From Planctomycetota bacterium (lineage in GTDB: Bacteria > Planctomycetota > SZUA-567 > H5-PLA8), in NCBI GenBank assembly GCA_038227875.1, contig JBBRPR010000003.1:197028-261027 (forward strand): a stretch of 64,000 nt of DNA, in the 5' to 3' direction. The notes under the pieces were generated by a model. That model was not told the origin of the DNA, searched no databases, and was given only the letters and a program-made list of their open reading frames with translations. The position numbers and the translations under genes are program-made. This document shows positions 10,150-19,789 of this stretch, piece after piece (within the stretch, counting starts at the first letter, position 1; each line of letters begins with the position of its first letter).

Positions 10150-10434
10150 GCGCGGCGCGCTGGCGCGCGAGGGGTTAGGGGTCAGGGGCCAGGGGTCAGA
10201 AGTGAGCGCGGTAGATGGGATGAAGTGCGCGCAGGGCGGTTGAGTGGAATGAACGAGAAGTAAGAGAAGAGAGAGAAGTGAGAGAAGTAACGGAAAGACG
10301 AAGGGGCTAAAGGAGGGGCACGGTCGAGTTGCGTTAGATCCGACGAAGGGCGAAAAACAGTGTTCCGGCGACGGGCGGTCGAACTTCTGACCCCTGGCCC
10401 CTGACCCCTGGCCCCTCGCGCTTTAGCGCGCCGC
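10150..10434. repeat. Inverted heptamer arrays (CAGGGGT/CAGGGGC) enclosing a purine-rich 9-mer array
   Basis: 10165-10203 is the near reverse complement of 10383-10421; GAGAAGTAA-like repeats at about 10255-10295. Confidence 0.8.
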
Positions 10435-10448
10435 ACTGGGAATCAGCC

Positions 10449-10925
10449 ATGTCGAAGCTCATTCACCGCGAACTGTCCGTACCGGCCAACACCAGTTATC
10501 TGGCTCAGGTCCGGCAGGCTGTCACCGAGGTGCTCGGGAAGGACATGTTCACGCCCGTCAAGGCCAACCTCGTCGCGCTGGCCGTCGACGAAGCCGTCGC
10601 CAACATCATGGAACACGCCTACGAACACCTGGAAGCTCATGCGCGCGTGACCAAGGACGTCCAGGTGATCCTCGATGCCACCCCCGAACGGTTGCTGGTG
10701 ATTATCCGCGACCACGGCATGGCCTTCGATCCGCGCAAGGCCCCCGACGTCGACATGCGCGAACACGTCAAGAAGGGCAACACCGGCGGCTTAGGCATTT
10801 TCCTGATGCGCCGGATCATGGACGAAATTCACTACACCTACAAGCAGGGCGTTCACAACGAACTGAAGATGGTGAAGTATGTGGACCGGACGACGGCGGC
10901 GACGGTGGCGCCAGTGAAGAAGTGA
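10449..10925 (+). CDS. Anti-sigma factor / Ser kinase (RsbW-like HATPase_c)
   Basis: LAVDEAVANIMEHAY, IRDHGMAFDP and GGLGIFLMRRIMD motifs. Confidence 0.9.
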   Translation: MSKLIHRELSVPANTSYLAQVRQAVTEVLGKDMFTPVKANLVALAVDEAVANIMEHAYEHLEAHARVTKDVQVILDATPERLLVIIRDHGMAFDPRKAPDVDMREHVKKGNTGGLGIFLMRRIMDEIHYTYKQGVHNELKMVKYVDRTTAATVAPVKK

Positions 10926-10936
10926 AGTTGGGAACG

Positions 10937-11071
10937 GCGGGATTCGGGAATCGGGAATCGTAACAGCGGGAAATCGAAAAACGGGGGAAGCGGGAACTGG
11001 GATGGGGAATCGTGAAGGCGGGGCGCGGCGAATGCCGATTCCCGAATCCCGATTACCGCTTTTCGGATTCC
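10937..11071. repeat. Inverted heptamer arrays (GGGAATC/GATTCCC)
   Basis: GGGATTCGGGAATCGGGAATCG ... CGATTCCCGAATCCCGATT. Confidence 0.7.
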
Positions 11072-11151
11072 AGTTTTGCGATCTAGAGTTGGACGGTAGG
11101 CACCTTTGATGCTACTTAAAGGAATGGAATTTTCGGGAGGAGTCAACGACG

Positions 11152-11505
11152 ATGGCCGTCGACGAATTTAAAATCGGAACGCAGTTGCTGCCGGAAAAGG
11201 GCGTGGTGATGGTCACCTTGAGCGGCTATCTGGATGCGCACACCTTTGAACGGCTGGAAGAGACGATCGCGGACCTCTTTACGCAGAACCGCTACAAGAT
11301 TGTCGTCGACCTCTCGGAAGTGGAATATATTTCGTCCGCCGGAGCCGGCGTCTTCATCGGAGCTCTCTCGGAAGCGCACGAACACAAGGGCAACATCGTG
11401 CTGATGAACCCCACCGCCAACGTGCGCGAAGTCTTCGACCTGCTGGGATTGACACAGATCTTCCAGGTCGTCGACGACAAGGCGACGGCGTTGGGCGTGT
11501 TCTGA
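11152..11505 (+). CDS. STAS anti-sigma factor antagonist (RsbV/SpoIIAA-like)
   Basis: LSGYLDA and VDLSEVEYISSAG with the phospho-acceptor Ser; strong RBS GGAGGAG. Confidence 0.9.
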   Translation: MAVDEFKIGTQLLPEKGVVMVTLSGYLDAHTFERLEETIADLFTQNRYKIVVDLSEVEYISSAGAGVFIGALSEAHEHKGNIVLMNPTANVREVFDLLGLTQIFQVVDDKATALGVF

Positions 11506-11546
11506 GCACCCCGCGAATACGACGCGCGGGTTGCAAGAGGCGGTGG

Positions 11547-11742
11547 GAATTCAAAATTCAAAATTATAAATTCAAAAACGCACGCGGTCCTTAGCGTGTG
11601 TTTGAATGAAGTGAGCACCCGACTCCAATAGGGGTCAAAAAAGCCTCAAAAAAAGACCATGGTATTCCCGGCCCTTCCGGTAAAACGGAAGGCAGTCCAA
11701 TCCGCGTGCGTTTTTGAATGTTTACTTTTAAATTTTGAATTC
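11547..11742. repeat. Inverted heptamer arrays (TTCAAAA/TTTTGAA)
   Basis: GAATTCAAAATTCAAAATTATAAATTCAAAAACGCACGCGG (11547-11587) pairs with CCGCGTGCGTTTTTGAAT...AATTTTGAATTC (11702-11742). Confidence 0.75.
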
Positions 11743-11749
11743 ACACCCG

Positions 11750-14044
11750 ATGCCCAACACCGCCGACCTCGACCTTGCGCTGACCACCGACACCGGTCCG
11801 CTCATCCGCGTGCTGCCTCCGGCGGTGACCTCCCGCATTGCCGCCGGCGAAGTGGTCGAACGCCCCGCTAGCGTGGTGAAAGAACTGGTCGAAAACGCCC
11901 TCGACGCGGGAGCCGCCCGGATCACCGTCGATATCGCCGGCGGCGGCCTGGATCTCGTGCGGGTCAGCGACGACGGCCGGGGCATGTCCCCCGCCGACTT
12001 GAAATTGTGCGTGCTCGAACACGCCACCTCCAAGATCCGCAGCGCCGACGAACTGCCCCTGCTGACTACGCTGGGCTTCCGCGGCGAAGCCCTCCCCTCG
12101 ATCGCGTCGATCGCGCACTTCTCCATCACCACGCGCACGCGCCAGGCCTTAAGCGCCAGCCGCATCGAAATCGACGGCGGCGAGCCGGCTCAGCCGGAGG
12201 TCAAAGACGCCGCCGGAGCCTACGGCACGACGGTGGAAGCCCGCGACCTGTTTTACAATCTGCCCGCTCGAAAGAAGTTCCTCAAAGGCCCCGGTTCAGA
12301 AGCCGCCGCCTGCACCGACACGCTCCTGAGATTGGCCCTGACCCGCCCCGACGCCGGCTTTACCCTGCTGCAAGACCGCCGCGAAGTCTTCTCCGTCGCC
12401 CCGGTCTCTCCAGTCACTTCCGGCACGCCGGACGCAATCGCCGCCGCCGCGTCAGCGCTTCGACATTCGACATTCGACATTCGGCATTACGTGAAGCGCG
12501 CCCGCGAACTGCTCGGCCGTTCCAACACCGAACAGTTGTTGGAACTCGATGCGATCGGCACCGCCCGCGAGATCCCCGGCGAGAGCGTGGATGAAAAAAT
12601 CCAGCTCCCGCCTGGCGCCATCGACCTGCCCGAAATTCCCGCCGGCTACCGCGTCTATGGCCTGATCTCGCCCCCGGCGATCACGCGTCCCAACCGTTCG
12701 GCCGTGTACCTGACCGTCAACGGCCGCCCCGTCAAAGACCGCACCCTGACCAGCGCTCTGATGGAAGCCTACCGCCATCTGCTCCCGCCCAAGCGCTACC
12801 CCCTGGCGGTGCTCTTTTTCGAACTCCCCGGCGCCGACGTCGACGCCAACGTTCATCCGACGAAAACCGAAGTCCGCTTCCGCATCCCCGGCCTGGTCTA
12901 CGCGCTGCTCCACCACGCCATCCGGCGCGCGTGCGGCAACGAGGGAATCTCTGCCTTCCGGCGCAGTGAATCCGCCGTGCCGGCTCAGCCGCATGTGCCG
13001 CTGGGCGCGCCGCGCGTGGACGAGCGGCAGCAGACGTTTGATCTGTGGCCGCGCGCGGACGACGGACAGAATTGCGGATTGCGGATTGACGGGCCGGACG
13101 TGCTGGCCGCAAAGCCTGCGGTTCAAAATTCGGCCGGTTGCGGATTGCGGATTGCGGATTGCGGATTGGCGGGGGACGCACCCGGCAAAGTCGCACCGAT
13201 GTCCGGCGGGGACATGGTTGCTGGGACGGTTGCGACGAGTGGAACTTCTGCTGAGGCGCCTGGAACCGTTCACGAAGCAGCGGCGCCGTATTCAGCGCCC
13301 GCAACGGCCAAATTCAATCCGCCCTTGCCGTCGCTCAATGCAGCGGCGCGCATTCCCACCGCCGCGCTTACGCCGTCTAATCCGCAATCCGCAATCCGCA
13401 ATCCGCAATCACCTCCGCCCAAACCGCCCGCCCCTTTCCGCGTGCTGGGTCAGGCGGGCGGCGCGTACATCGTCCTGGAAGACGACACCGGCGTGAAGCT
13501 GATCGACCAGCATGCGCTCCACGAACGCGTGCTCTTTGAAGTGTTCCTGAAGAAAGCCCACAGCACCGCCCAGGGCGAAGCTCAAGGGCTGCTCGTCCCT
13601 CAGGTTTTCGACCTGACCCCCGTCCAGCTTTCCGTTTTCACTCAGGATGATGCCGCTCAGCAGTTGCTTTCCCATCTGGGCTTCAGCGTCGATCTCTTCG
13701 GCGACCGCGCCATCGCCGTGCGCGCCGTCCCGGCGCTGTTCCGTTCGGCCAGCAAAGCCGCGCTGGTGTTGGATGTGCTCGACGCCTTAAGTGAAACCTC
13801 CGACGCCGATCCGTCTTTAACGCGCGCCAAGCACCGCTACAGCTTCCGCGAAAAGGCCGCGTACATGCTGGCCTGCAAAGGCGCGCTGAAAGCCGGCGAA
13901 CGCCTGACGATCGAACAGATGACGGCTCTGGTGGAAGATTACCGCCGCTGCGCCGGACCTCATGGGTTCACCTGCCCGCACGGCAGGCCTGTGGCGCTGG
14001 AGCTGGGATGGGACGAGTTGGAGAAGGCGGTGGGCCGGGTGTAA
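11750..14044 (+). CDS. mutL: DNA mismatch repair endonuclease MutL
   Basis: IAAGEVVERPASVVKELVENALDAGA, LGFRGEAL, DANVHPTK, DQHALHER, ACK and CPHGRP motifs. Confidence 0.97.
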   Translation: MPNTADLDLALTTDTGPLIRVLPPAVTSRIAAGEVVERPASVVKELVENALDAGAARITVDIAGGGLDLVRVSDDGRGMSPADLKLCVLEHATSKIRSADELPLLTTLGFRGEALPSIASIAHFSITTRTRQALSASRIEIDGGEPAQPEVKDAAGAYGTTVEARDLFYNLPARKKFLKGPGSEAAACTDTLLRLALTRPDAGFTLLQDRREVFSVAPVSPVTSGTPDAIAAAASALRHSTFDIRHYVKRARELLGRSNTEQLLELDAIGTAREIPGESVDEKIQLPPGAIDLPEIPAGYRVYGLISPPAITRPNRSAVYLTVNGRPVKDRTLTSALMEAYRHLLPPKRYPLAVLFFELPGADVDANVHPTKTEVRFRIPGLVYALLHHAIRRACGNEGISAFRRSESAVPAQPHVPLGAPRVDERQQTFDLWPRADDGQNCGLRIDGPDVLAAKPAVQNSAGCGLRIADCGLAGDAPGKVAPMSGGDMVAGTVATSGTSAEAPGTVHEAAAPYSAPATAKFNPPLPSLNAAARIPTAALTPSNPQSAIRNPQSPPPKPPAPFRVLGQAGGAYIVLEDDTGVKLIDQHALHERVLFEVFLKKAHSTAQGEAQGLLVPQVFDLTPVQLSVFTQDDAAQQLLSHLGFSVDLFGDRAIAVRAVPALFRSASKAALVLDVLDALSETSDADPSLTRAKHRYSFREKAAYMLACKGALKAGERLTIEQMTALVEDYRRCAGPHGFTCPHGRPVALELGWDELEKAVGRV

Positions 14045-14177
14045 AGCGCGTTCGGCGGGTTGCTGGCTGATGCGCTTCTTTCAAAGTGCTCAAGTCTGTC
14101 CGGCTAAAAGTCGTCGGTGGTCGGCAACGGCAACGGCAATCACGGTCGGCAGATTCATTTCTTGATCGGCGGCCACT

Positions 14178-15095
14178 TTGGATACGCCTCCAGACACTTC
14201 GCCTGTCAACGCATCACGGTACGGTCTGGCGGAACCGGCGACGTTTGTGCTCATGTCGGTGTTGCTGTGGCCGCTTCTCGAACAGGACATGTATTGGATC
14301 GCACGGGCCATGGCCCAGCCACCGAGCCGCCCCCTAGTGACACCGATGGGCAGCTCCATCATAGCAACCGCGAGCGTATTGATGTTGGGCTTTCAACTGG
14401 CCGTGGCGTACGTCCTCGCGTTCGTTGTCTGTTTCTGTGTGCACCGGGATCATTTCAAGTTAAGCCTGCAACGCATTCATCTGGCCACGGGGCTGCTGCT
14501 GATGTTCACGGCCAGCGTCATCGTCGGCCTGTTAATCGCAGCACAACGCACGGCGATACAATCCCAGGATACGTTGCGCATCGCAGTGACACTTTGGAAT
14601 GCCGCGCCGCCGGTGCTGGCGCTGCTGCTAGGCGTGAGCTTCGCCAGCGAGGCGTGGATGGCGCGAAAGCATCCCCAATCCATCCCGGTTTCTCCTCAAG
14701 CGCCACTTTCTGTTCAAACGTCACCCTTCGCTCCAACATGGCTGGCGGGCGTACCCACAACACGCGATCGCATCGTGTTTGCGCTGCCACTGATCGTGAT
14801 AGGTCTCGTCTCTGTGCTCGGTTTCTGGGCTGTGGATACGCTTAATTTTCAAGCGTTGCGCATAGAACTATCACTACCGGGAAAGGGGATCTATTACCTC
14901 ACCCGCCATGCGGAGCGGTTCTATGCGGTCCTGCTTATTGTCAGTGGCGTCTACATCGCATGGATCAGCCGGAGTCGCCGGCGCATGCTTATTAGCGGAG
15001 TACTACTGAGTGCCGTGCTGTTTTTGAGCTTTTTTGCTCTACTACAGACGCTTCTGCTGCCGTTGCATATCCAGGACCATCTACTCAAGAAATGA
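14178..15095 (+). CDS. Hypothetical multi-pass membrane protein
   Basis: 305 aa with several hydrophobic segments; TTG start uncertain. Confidence 0.55.
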   Translation: MDTPPDTSPVNASRYGLAEPATFVLMSVLLWPLLEQDMYWIARAMAQPPSRPLVTPMGSSIIATASVLMLGFQLAVAYVLAFVVCFCVHRDHFKLSLQRIHLATGLLLMFTASVIVGLLIAAQRTAIQSQDTLRIAVTLWNAAPPVLALLLGVSFASEAWMARKHPQSIPVSPQAPLSVQTSPFAPTWLAGVPTTRDRIVFALPLIVIGLVSVLGFWAVDTLNFQALRIELSLPGKGIYYLTRHAERFYAVLLIVSGVYIAWISRSRRRMLISGVLLSAVLFLSFFALLQTLLLPLHIQDHLLKK

Positions 15096-15240
15096 CGCAG
15101 CCGCGTGACGCCACACCCGAACTTTTCCCGTCCGGGGTTGCGGAAGAAATGAGGGTGCGGCGATGCGGCGTAGCGAATCTTGAATTTAATCTTCAATCCG
15201 TTGGCCGTTCTTTGCGTCTTTGCGCGAGATTTAAAACCCG

Positions 15241-15552
15241 TCAGCTCTTGTAGGCGATCCCATGCTTCTTCATCCACGTCTTCAAATCCGCTTCGCGAAT
15301 GGCAACCAGTGTTCCTAATGTCACACTGGGCATGCCTTCTTCGCGCCAGAGGCGGACCTGTTCGGTGGTCAGGTCGTACTTGCGCCGCGCGTCGCCGATC
15401 GAGAGGGTGCCTTTGGGGCGCTTGAGCTTTCCCTTGGGGCGGCCGGGGTTTTTGGAGATGAAGTACGGGCTTTCCGTGTGGTGCCACTGCACCAGCTTCT
15501 CAGCGGCAATGCCGGTGGATTGAGCGATCTTCAGCAGGTCTTTGTAATCCAT
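15241..15552 (-). CDS. Small HTH (MerR/excisionase-like) DNA-binding protein
   Basis: C-terminal LSIGDARRKYDLTTEQVRLWREEGMPSV...IREADLKTWM; start MDYKD. Confidence 0.55.
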   Translation of the reverse strand: MDYKDLLKIAQSTGIAAEKLVQWHHTESPYFISKNPGRPKGKLKRPKGTLSIGDARRKYDLTTEQVRLWREEGMPSVTLGTLVAIREADLKTWMKKHGIAYKS

Positions 15553-15691
15553 CGTGTCCAAGGTCCAGGCGACTTAAAGCGAAGATGCGGGTCAGAGTGT
15601 TCACCGCACCGAAACTAGACGCCTGTAGCCTACAAAACCTGCTCGAAATTCGCACGAGTAATTTGGTGAGATTTTTAATTAATCGTCTGGA

Positions 15692-16729
15692 TCAGTAAAA
15701 TTCGTTCAAATGAACCGTGCCGTTGGGCGCCGACTTCACCGCATCGACCACGCGCAAGGCCGCCACCGCAGCGTCATTCCCATTGCTGGGAATTCGATGC
15801 TCTACAATCGCGTCGGCGAATTCGCGGATCTCTCCGGCGTAACCGTTGAGGAAAAGCGAATTCTGGCCCATGTTCGGGAGGGCAAAATCCGGCCGCCAGA
15901 TTTTGATGTCGGCGAGCTCGAACTCCGGCCGGATCGCAGCCAGTTCCGGCGCCAGCACGTCGACGCCGCTTAAACCGGCCGTGTGCACTTCCAGTTGCGT
16001 GACGTTGTCGACATAAATACAGCCGTCCTTCCCGCCGATCACGCCGTTGAGCTCCACGCGTTCCTGGATGCGCGGGCCGTGGCAGCCGAGCATCAACTGC
16101 GCCCACTTGCCGGAAGTGAAGTGCAGAGTCAGGCCCAGCGACAGGGCTTTGCCGCTGTCGTAGCTGACCGAAGTCACGCTCTGGACGTCGCCGAAGATGC
16201 TGATGGCCAGATCGATCGGGTGGATGGCCATGAACAGCAGCAGGCCGTTGAGGTTGTTGCCGGCCCAATGCGTGTAGCGAAAGGACCCGCTGGAGGGCAC
16301 GCATTCTCCGGACGCGATCATGCTTAGGATTTTGGCGTAGGTCAGCGCGAAGCGTTTCATGAAGCCGGCCATGATGAAGGTGTCGTGCGCTTTGGCCAGC
16401 GCCACCAGTTCCGCGGCCAGGCGCGCGCTGGGGGCGGGCGGTTTTTCCACAAAAAGGGGAATCCCGCGCGCGAGCACTTTCTTTCCCAGCTCGTAATGGA
16501 GCGAATCAGCGCCGACGATCAGGACGCCATCGAGCGATTCGTCGGCCAGCATCTTCTCGGCATCGGTGTAGACGTTGGGCGCGCCGAAGATTCGCGCGTT
16601 GCGTCGCGCCAGATCTTCATTGAGATCGCAGACGGCCTGCAATTGGCAGCGGGCGTATTTCAGAGCGGGGTAGATGTTGTTCGTCGAATGCGTGCCACAG
16701 CCGATGAAGCCGAGTTTTGCCACAGACAT
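15692..16729 (-). CDS. Gfo/Idh/MocA family oxidoreductase
   Basis: GFIGCG, AVCD, LFVEKP and GFMKRF motifs. Confidence 0.9.
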   Translation of the reverse strand: MSVAKLGFIGCGTHSTNNIYPALKYARCQLQAVCDLNEDLARRNARIFGAPNVYTDAEKMLADESLDGVLIVGADSLHYELGKKVLARGIPLFVEKPPAPSARLAAELVALAKAHDTFIMAGFMKRFALTYAKILSMIASGECVPSSGSFRYTHWAGNNLNGLLLFMAIHPIDLAISIFGDVQSVTSVSYDSGKALSLGLTLHFTSGKWAQLMLGCHGPRIQERVELNGVIGGKDGCIYVDNVTQLEVHTAGLSGVDVLAPELAAIRPEFELADIKIWRPDFALPNMGQNSLFLNGYAGEIREFADAIVEHRIPSNGNDAAVAALRVVDAVKSAPNGTVHLNEFY

Positions 16730-16766
16730 GGTGTTTGCCTTTCAGTAGAGAGAGTCAGAACGGGAG

Positions 16767-17558
16767 TCAGGATTCGTGATTTTGTTTCAGCAGCCGCTGG
16801 AGGTACTCCCGACCGTCCCGCGCGTAGCGGTCGGCGTTTTCCGTGTCGTGGACTTCCAGTTCCTGGCTGAAAAACCCGCGGTACCCGGCGGCGGTAAGTT
16901 CCCGCACGACGCCGGCGTTGTCGGTCTCGCCGGCGCCCAGCGCGACGGATTGCGTGCCGAGGTGATCTTTGACGTGGACGTGAAAAACCCGCGGCGCAAA
17001 CCGGCGCGCGATGGCGACGGGGTCGACGCGGGCGGAGGTGAAATGGCCGGTATCCAGCGTCATGCCGATCTGCGGCGAGGGGCAGTGCGCGAAGAGACGC
17101 TCGTAGTCTGCGGCGAACTGGATCGAATTGCCGTACTGGTTTTCCAGCGCGAGCTTGACGGACGTGCCTTCCAGGCAGCGCGCCAGTTCGTCCAGCGATT
17201 CGAGAAACGGTTCGAACGGTTCGCTGGCGCGATCCGGCCCGCCTTCGACCAGGATTTCGCAGTGGAGCTGCTGCGCAAAATCGAGAGCGAGCTTGGCGTA
17301 ATCGGTGAGCGTGCGGCGGCGCGCTTCGGTGGGCGTCATGATCGCGCCGAGGTGGATGGCCGCCAGGGACAGGCCCGCGTCGGAAAGTTCTCCGGCCAGA
17401 TCGCCGGGCTGGAAAGTGCGCAGATCGCCATGGATGCTCCAGACTTCCACCGGCATCAGCAGCAGCTCGATCGCGTCGAAGCCGGCGGCCTTCGCTTTTT
17501 TCAGCACCGTGGCGCGATCGTCGCGAGCCCAGCAGATGGAAGAGGCGGCAATTTTCAT
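16767..17558 (-). CDS. Sugar phosphate isomerase/epimerase
   Basis: GFDAIEL, LALEN, LDTGH, HVHVKD and SQELE motifs; start MKIAASS at 17558. Confidence 0.85.
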   Translation of the reverse strand: MKIAASSICWARDDRATVLKKAKAAGFDAIELLLMPVEVWSIHGDLRTFQPGDLAGELSDAGLSLAAIHLGAIMTPTEARRRTLTDYAKLALDFAQQLHCEILVEGGPDRASEPFEPFLESLDELARCLEGTSVKLALENQYGNSIQFAADYERLFAHCPSPQIGMTLDTGHFTSARVDPVAIARRFAPRVFHVHVKDHLGTQSVALGAGETDNAGVVRELTAAGYRGFFSQELEVHDTENADRYARDGREYLQRLLKQNHES

Positions 17559-17578
17559 GGGGTGAAGCTCCTGAGAGG

Positions 17579-17656
17579 GCGGGATTCGGGAATCGGGATT
17601 CGGCATTCGAAACGGCGGGGAGCGGCGAATCCCGATTCCCCACTCCCGAATCCCGC
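17579..17656. repeat. Inverted heptamer arrays (GGGAATC/GATTCCC)
   Basis: GCGGGATTCGGGAATCGGGATTCG ... CGAATCCCGATTCCCCACTCCCGAATCCCGC. Confidence 0.75.
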
Positions 17657-17680
17657 TTCTCGATCCATATCTTCCCTTGC

Positions 17681-18523
17681 ATGGCGTTCAGCGAACAGAA
17701 TCACGATACCCCATGGACATTCGTCCCGTCCATGGTTGCGCTTGCACGGAACATATATAAAATTGCGGTGATGAAAAAGCGCGCGGCCGAACCACATCCG
17801 GATTTCAGCTTTGTGGCGTATGCCACGATCACGCACCACCGCGGCTGGCGCTACCCGTTTCACCGTCACGCACACCACGAAGTGATCGCCGTGGAGAGCG
17901 GCGCGATGACCGTGGAGATGAATGGAACGCTCTACCGCGCCCGCGCCGGCGATGTCCTCTTCTACCGCGCGGGGATGGCTCACAAGGAGGACGCCGAGGT
18001 CAAGGCGCTGGCGACGACGCTGTGCCTGTCCTATTCCGGTGAAGCGTTCGTTGGTGAGATTCTTCCGCAGACCAAAGACCGCTCCGGCCGCGTGCGCCAG
18101 ATGCTGCGCTGGATCCACGACGACATGAACCTGCCCGCCGAATCTCGCGGCGCGCGTGGCACGGCCCTGATCGCCGCTCTCGTCGCCGAACTCGCGTTTC
18201 TAGCTCAGCCCCGCGATGACCCGCTGGTTGAAGGCACTCGCCGCTACGCCCGCGAACACCTGGCGGAAAAAATCACGCTCGACGACCTGGCCTTGCAGGC
18301 CGGCATGAGCAAATACCACTACCTGCGCCGCTACCACGCGCTGACCGGCCTGACCCCGATGCTCGACGTCCGCCGCCAGCGCCTGGAACACGCCCGCAAC
18401 CTGATCGTCTCCACGTCCTGGCCCTTGCGCGTGATCGCCGATCGCGCCGGTTTCAACACCGAATTCCACCTCGCCAAGCTCTTCCGGCAGCATCTGGGGA
18501 TCACACCGAGTTCCCTGCGGTAG
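17681..18523 (+). CDS. AraC family transcriptional regulator (cupin + double HTH)
   Basis: HRHAHHE cupin, TLDDLA..AGMSKYH and FRQHLGITP; divergent from the sugar genes. Confidence 0.9.
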   Translation: MAFSEQNHDTPWTFVPSMVALARNIYKIAVMKKRAAEPHPDFSFVAYATITHHRGWRYPFHRHAHHEVIAVESGAMTVEMNGTLYRARAGDVLFYRAGMAHKEDAEVKALATTLCLSYSGEAFVGEILPQTKDRSGRVRQMLRWIHDDMNLPAESRGARGTALIAALVAELAFLAQPRDDPLVEGTRRYAREHLAEKITLDDLALQAGMSKYHYLRRYHALTGLTPMLDVRRQRLEHARNLIVSTSWPLRVIADRAGFNTEFHLAKLFRQHLGITPSSLR

Positions 18524-18649
18524 CCGGATAGCAAGGGTTTAAAAAAGTATACAATCGTAGCCCGAAAAAAATCGCCCGCGGATTTCGCTCAAGGATTAAA
18601 CGTTTTTAAACGATTCCTTACTTTAAGCTTTAACCTGCGAGGATCCGCC

Positions 18650-19273
18650 ATGGCCGACGTTCAGCTCCGCACGTACTGTTTTCTCGACAGCATGCAGCCC
18701 CAGTTCGCATCGCTGGAAGCCTCGACGGCTCAGGGCTTTCTCCCCGTCACCGGCCAGGCGGCGCTCTATGTTGAAGTCGGCCCGGGCATGGCCGTGCAGC
18801 GGCTGATGGACATCGCCTGCAAATCCACGGCGGTGATGCCCGGCACGCTGGTGGTCGAGCGCTCCTTTGGGCTGATGGAAGTCCATCACGACGACCAGGG
18901 CGAAGTGCAGCAGGCCGGCGCGGCGGTGCTTGCGGCGCTGGGCTTGAAGGAAATTCAACGCATCAAGCCGCGCGTGACGACCAGCACGATCATCCGCAAG
19001 GTCACCGATTACCACACGATGCTGATCAACCGTTCGCGCCGCGGCAACATGCTGCTCGGCGGCCAGACGCTTTACATTTTGGAAGTCGAACCCGCCGCGT
19101 ACGTGACGCTGGCGGCCAACGAAGCGGAAAAAGCCAGCCACGTCAACCTGCTGGAACTGCGCGGCGTCGGCGCCTTCGGCCGCTTGTTCCTCGGCGGTGA
19201 TGAAGCCGACGTCGTCGTCGCCGCGGAAGCCGCGGAAGCGGCGATCAAGGCGGTGACGGGAGCGGAGAAGTGA
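18650..19273 (+). CDS. BMC shell trimer, permuted tandem domain (CcmP/CsoS1D-like BMC-T)
   Basis: LRTYCFLDSMQPQ, VVERSFGLMEVH, LAANEAEKA and GAFGRLFL motifs. Confidence 0.9.
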   Translation: MADVQLRTYCFLDSMQPQFASLEASTAQGFLPVTGQAALYVEVGPGMAVQRLMDIACKSTAVMPGTLVVERSFGLMEVHHDDQGEVQQAGAAVLAALGLKEIQRIKPRVTTSTIIRKVTDYHTMLINRSRRGNMLLGGQTLYILEVEPAAYVTLAANEAEKASHVNLLELRGVGAFGRLFLGGDEADVVVAAEAAEAAIKAVTGAEK

Positions 19274-19410
19274 AGGACTGAGGACTGAGGAGAACCGCCG
19301 CTGACGCGGGTTTTTCCAACCGGGAAATTTTTAAGCGAAGCGCCGCGCTGTAACCTCAGTCCTTCTGTTAAAAACGACAAAGTGCACCACAAACACGGGA
19401 GACACACCAC

Positions 19411-19701
19411 ATGGCAGACGCCCTCGGCATGATCGAAACGCGCGGATTCGCGGCGCTGGTGGAAGCCAGCGATGCGATGGTCAAGGCGGCGAAGGTCGAC
19501 TTGATTGGCTTTGAAAAAATTGGCGGCGGCTACGTCACGGCCATCGTGCGCGGCGATGTCGCGGCGGTCAAGGCGGCGACGGAAGCCGGCGCGCGGGCGG
19601 CGGAAGCCATCGGCGAAGTCGTCAGCGTCCACATCATCCCGCGGCCGCACGTCAACGTCGACGAGGTCCTGCCGCTGGGCCGCAAGTCCGCCAAGAAGTA
19701 A
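19411..19701 (+). CDS. BMC shell hexamer (BMC-H, EutM/PduA-like)
   Basis: [26 protein letters not shown] and HIIPRPH motifs. Confidence 0.97.
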   Translation: MADALGMIETRGFAALVEASDAMVKAAKVDLIGFEKIGGGYVTAIVRGDVAAVKAATEAGARAAEAIGEVVSVHIIPRPHVNVDEVLPLGRKSAKK

Positions 19702-19725
19702 GACTGGCTTCCGCTGCGTGTCAGT

Positions 19726-19757
19726 CTGACTTTCGGGCCACGTGGCCCGAAGGTCGG
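19726..19757 (+). other. Strong intergenic hairpin between BMC-H and the aldehyde dehydrogenase
   Basis: CTGACTTTCGGGCCACGTGGCCCGAAGGTCGG, no U-tract. Confidence 0.55.
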
Positions 19758-19789
19758 GCCGCTGTGTCACCGGACTTCCGAGGTGTTCG

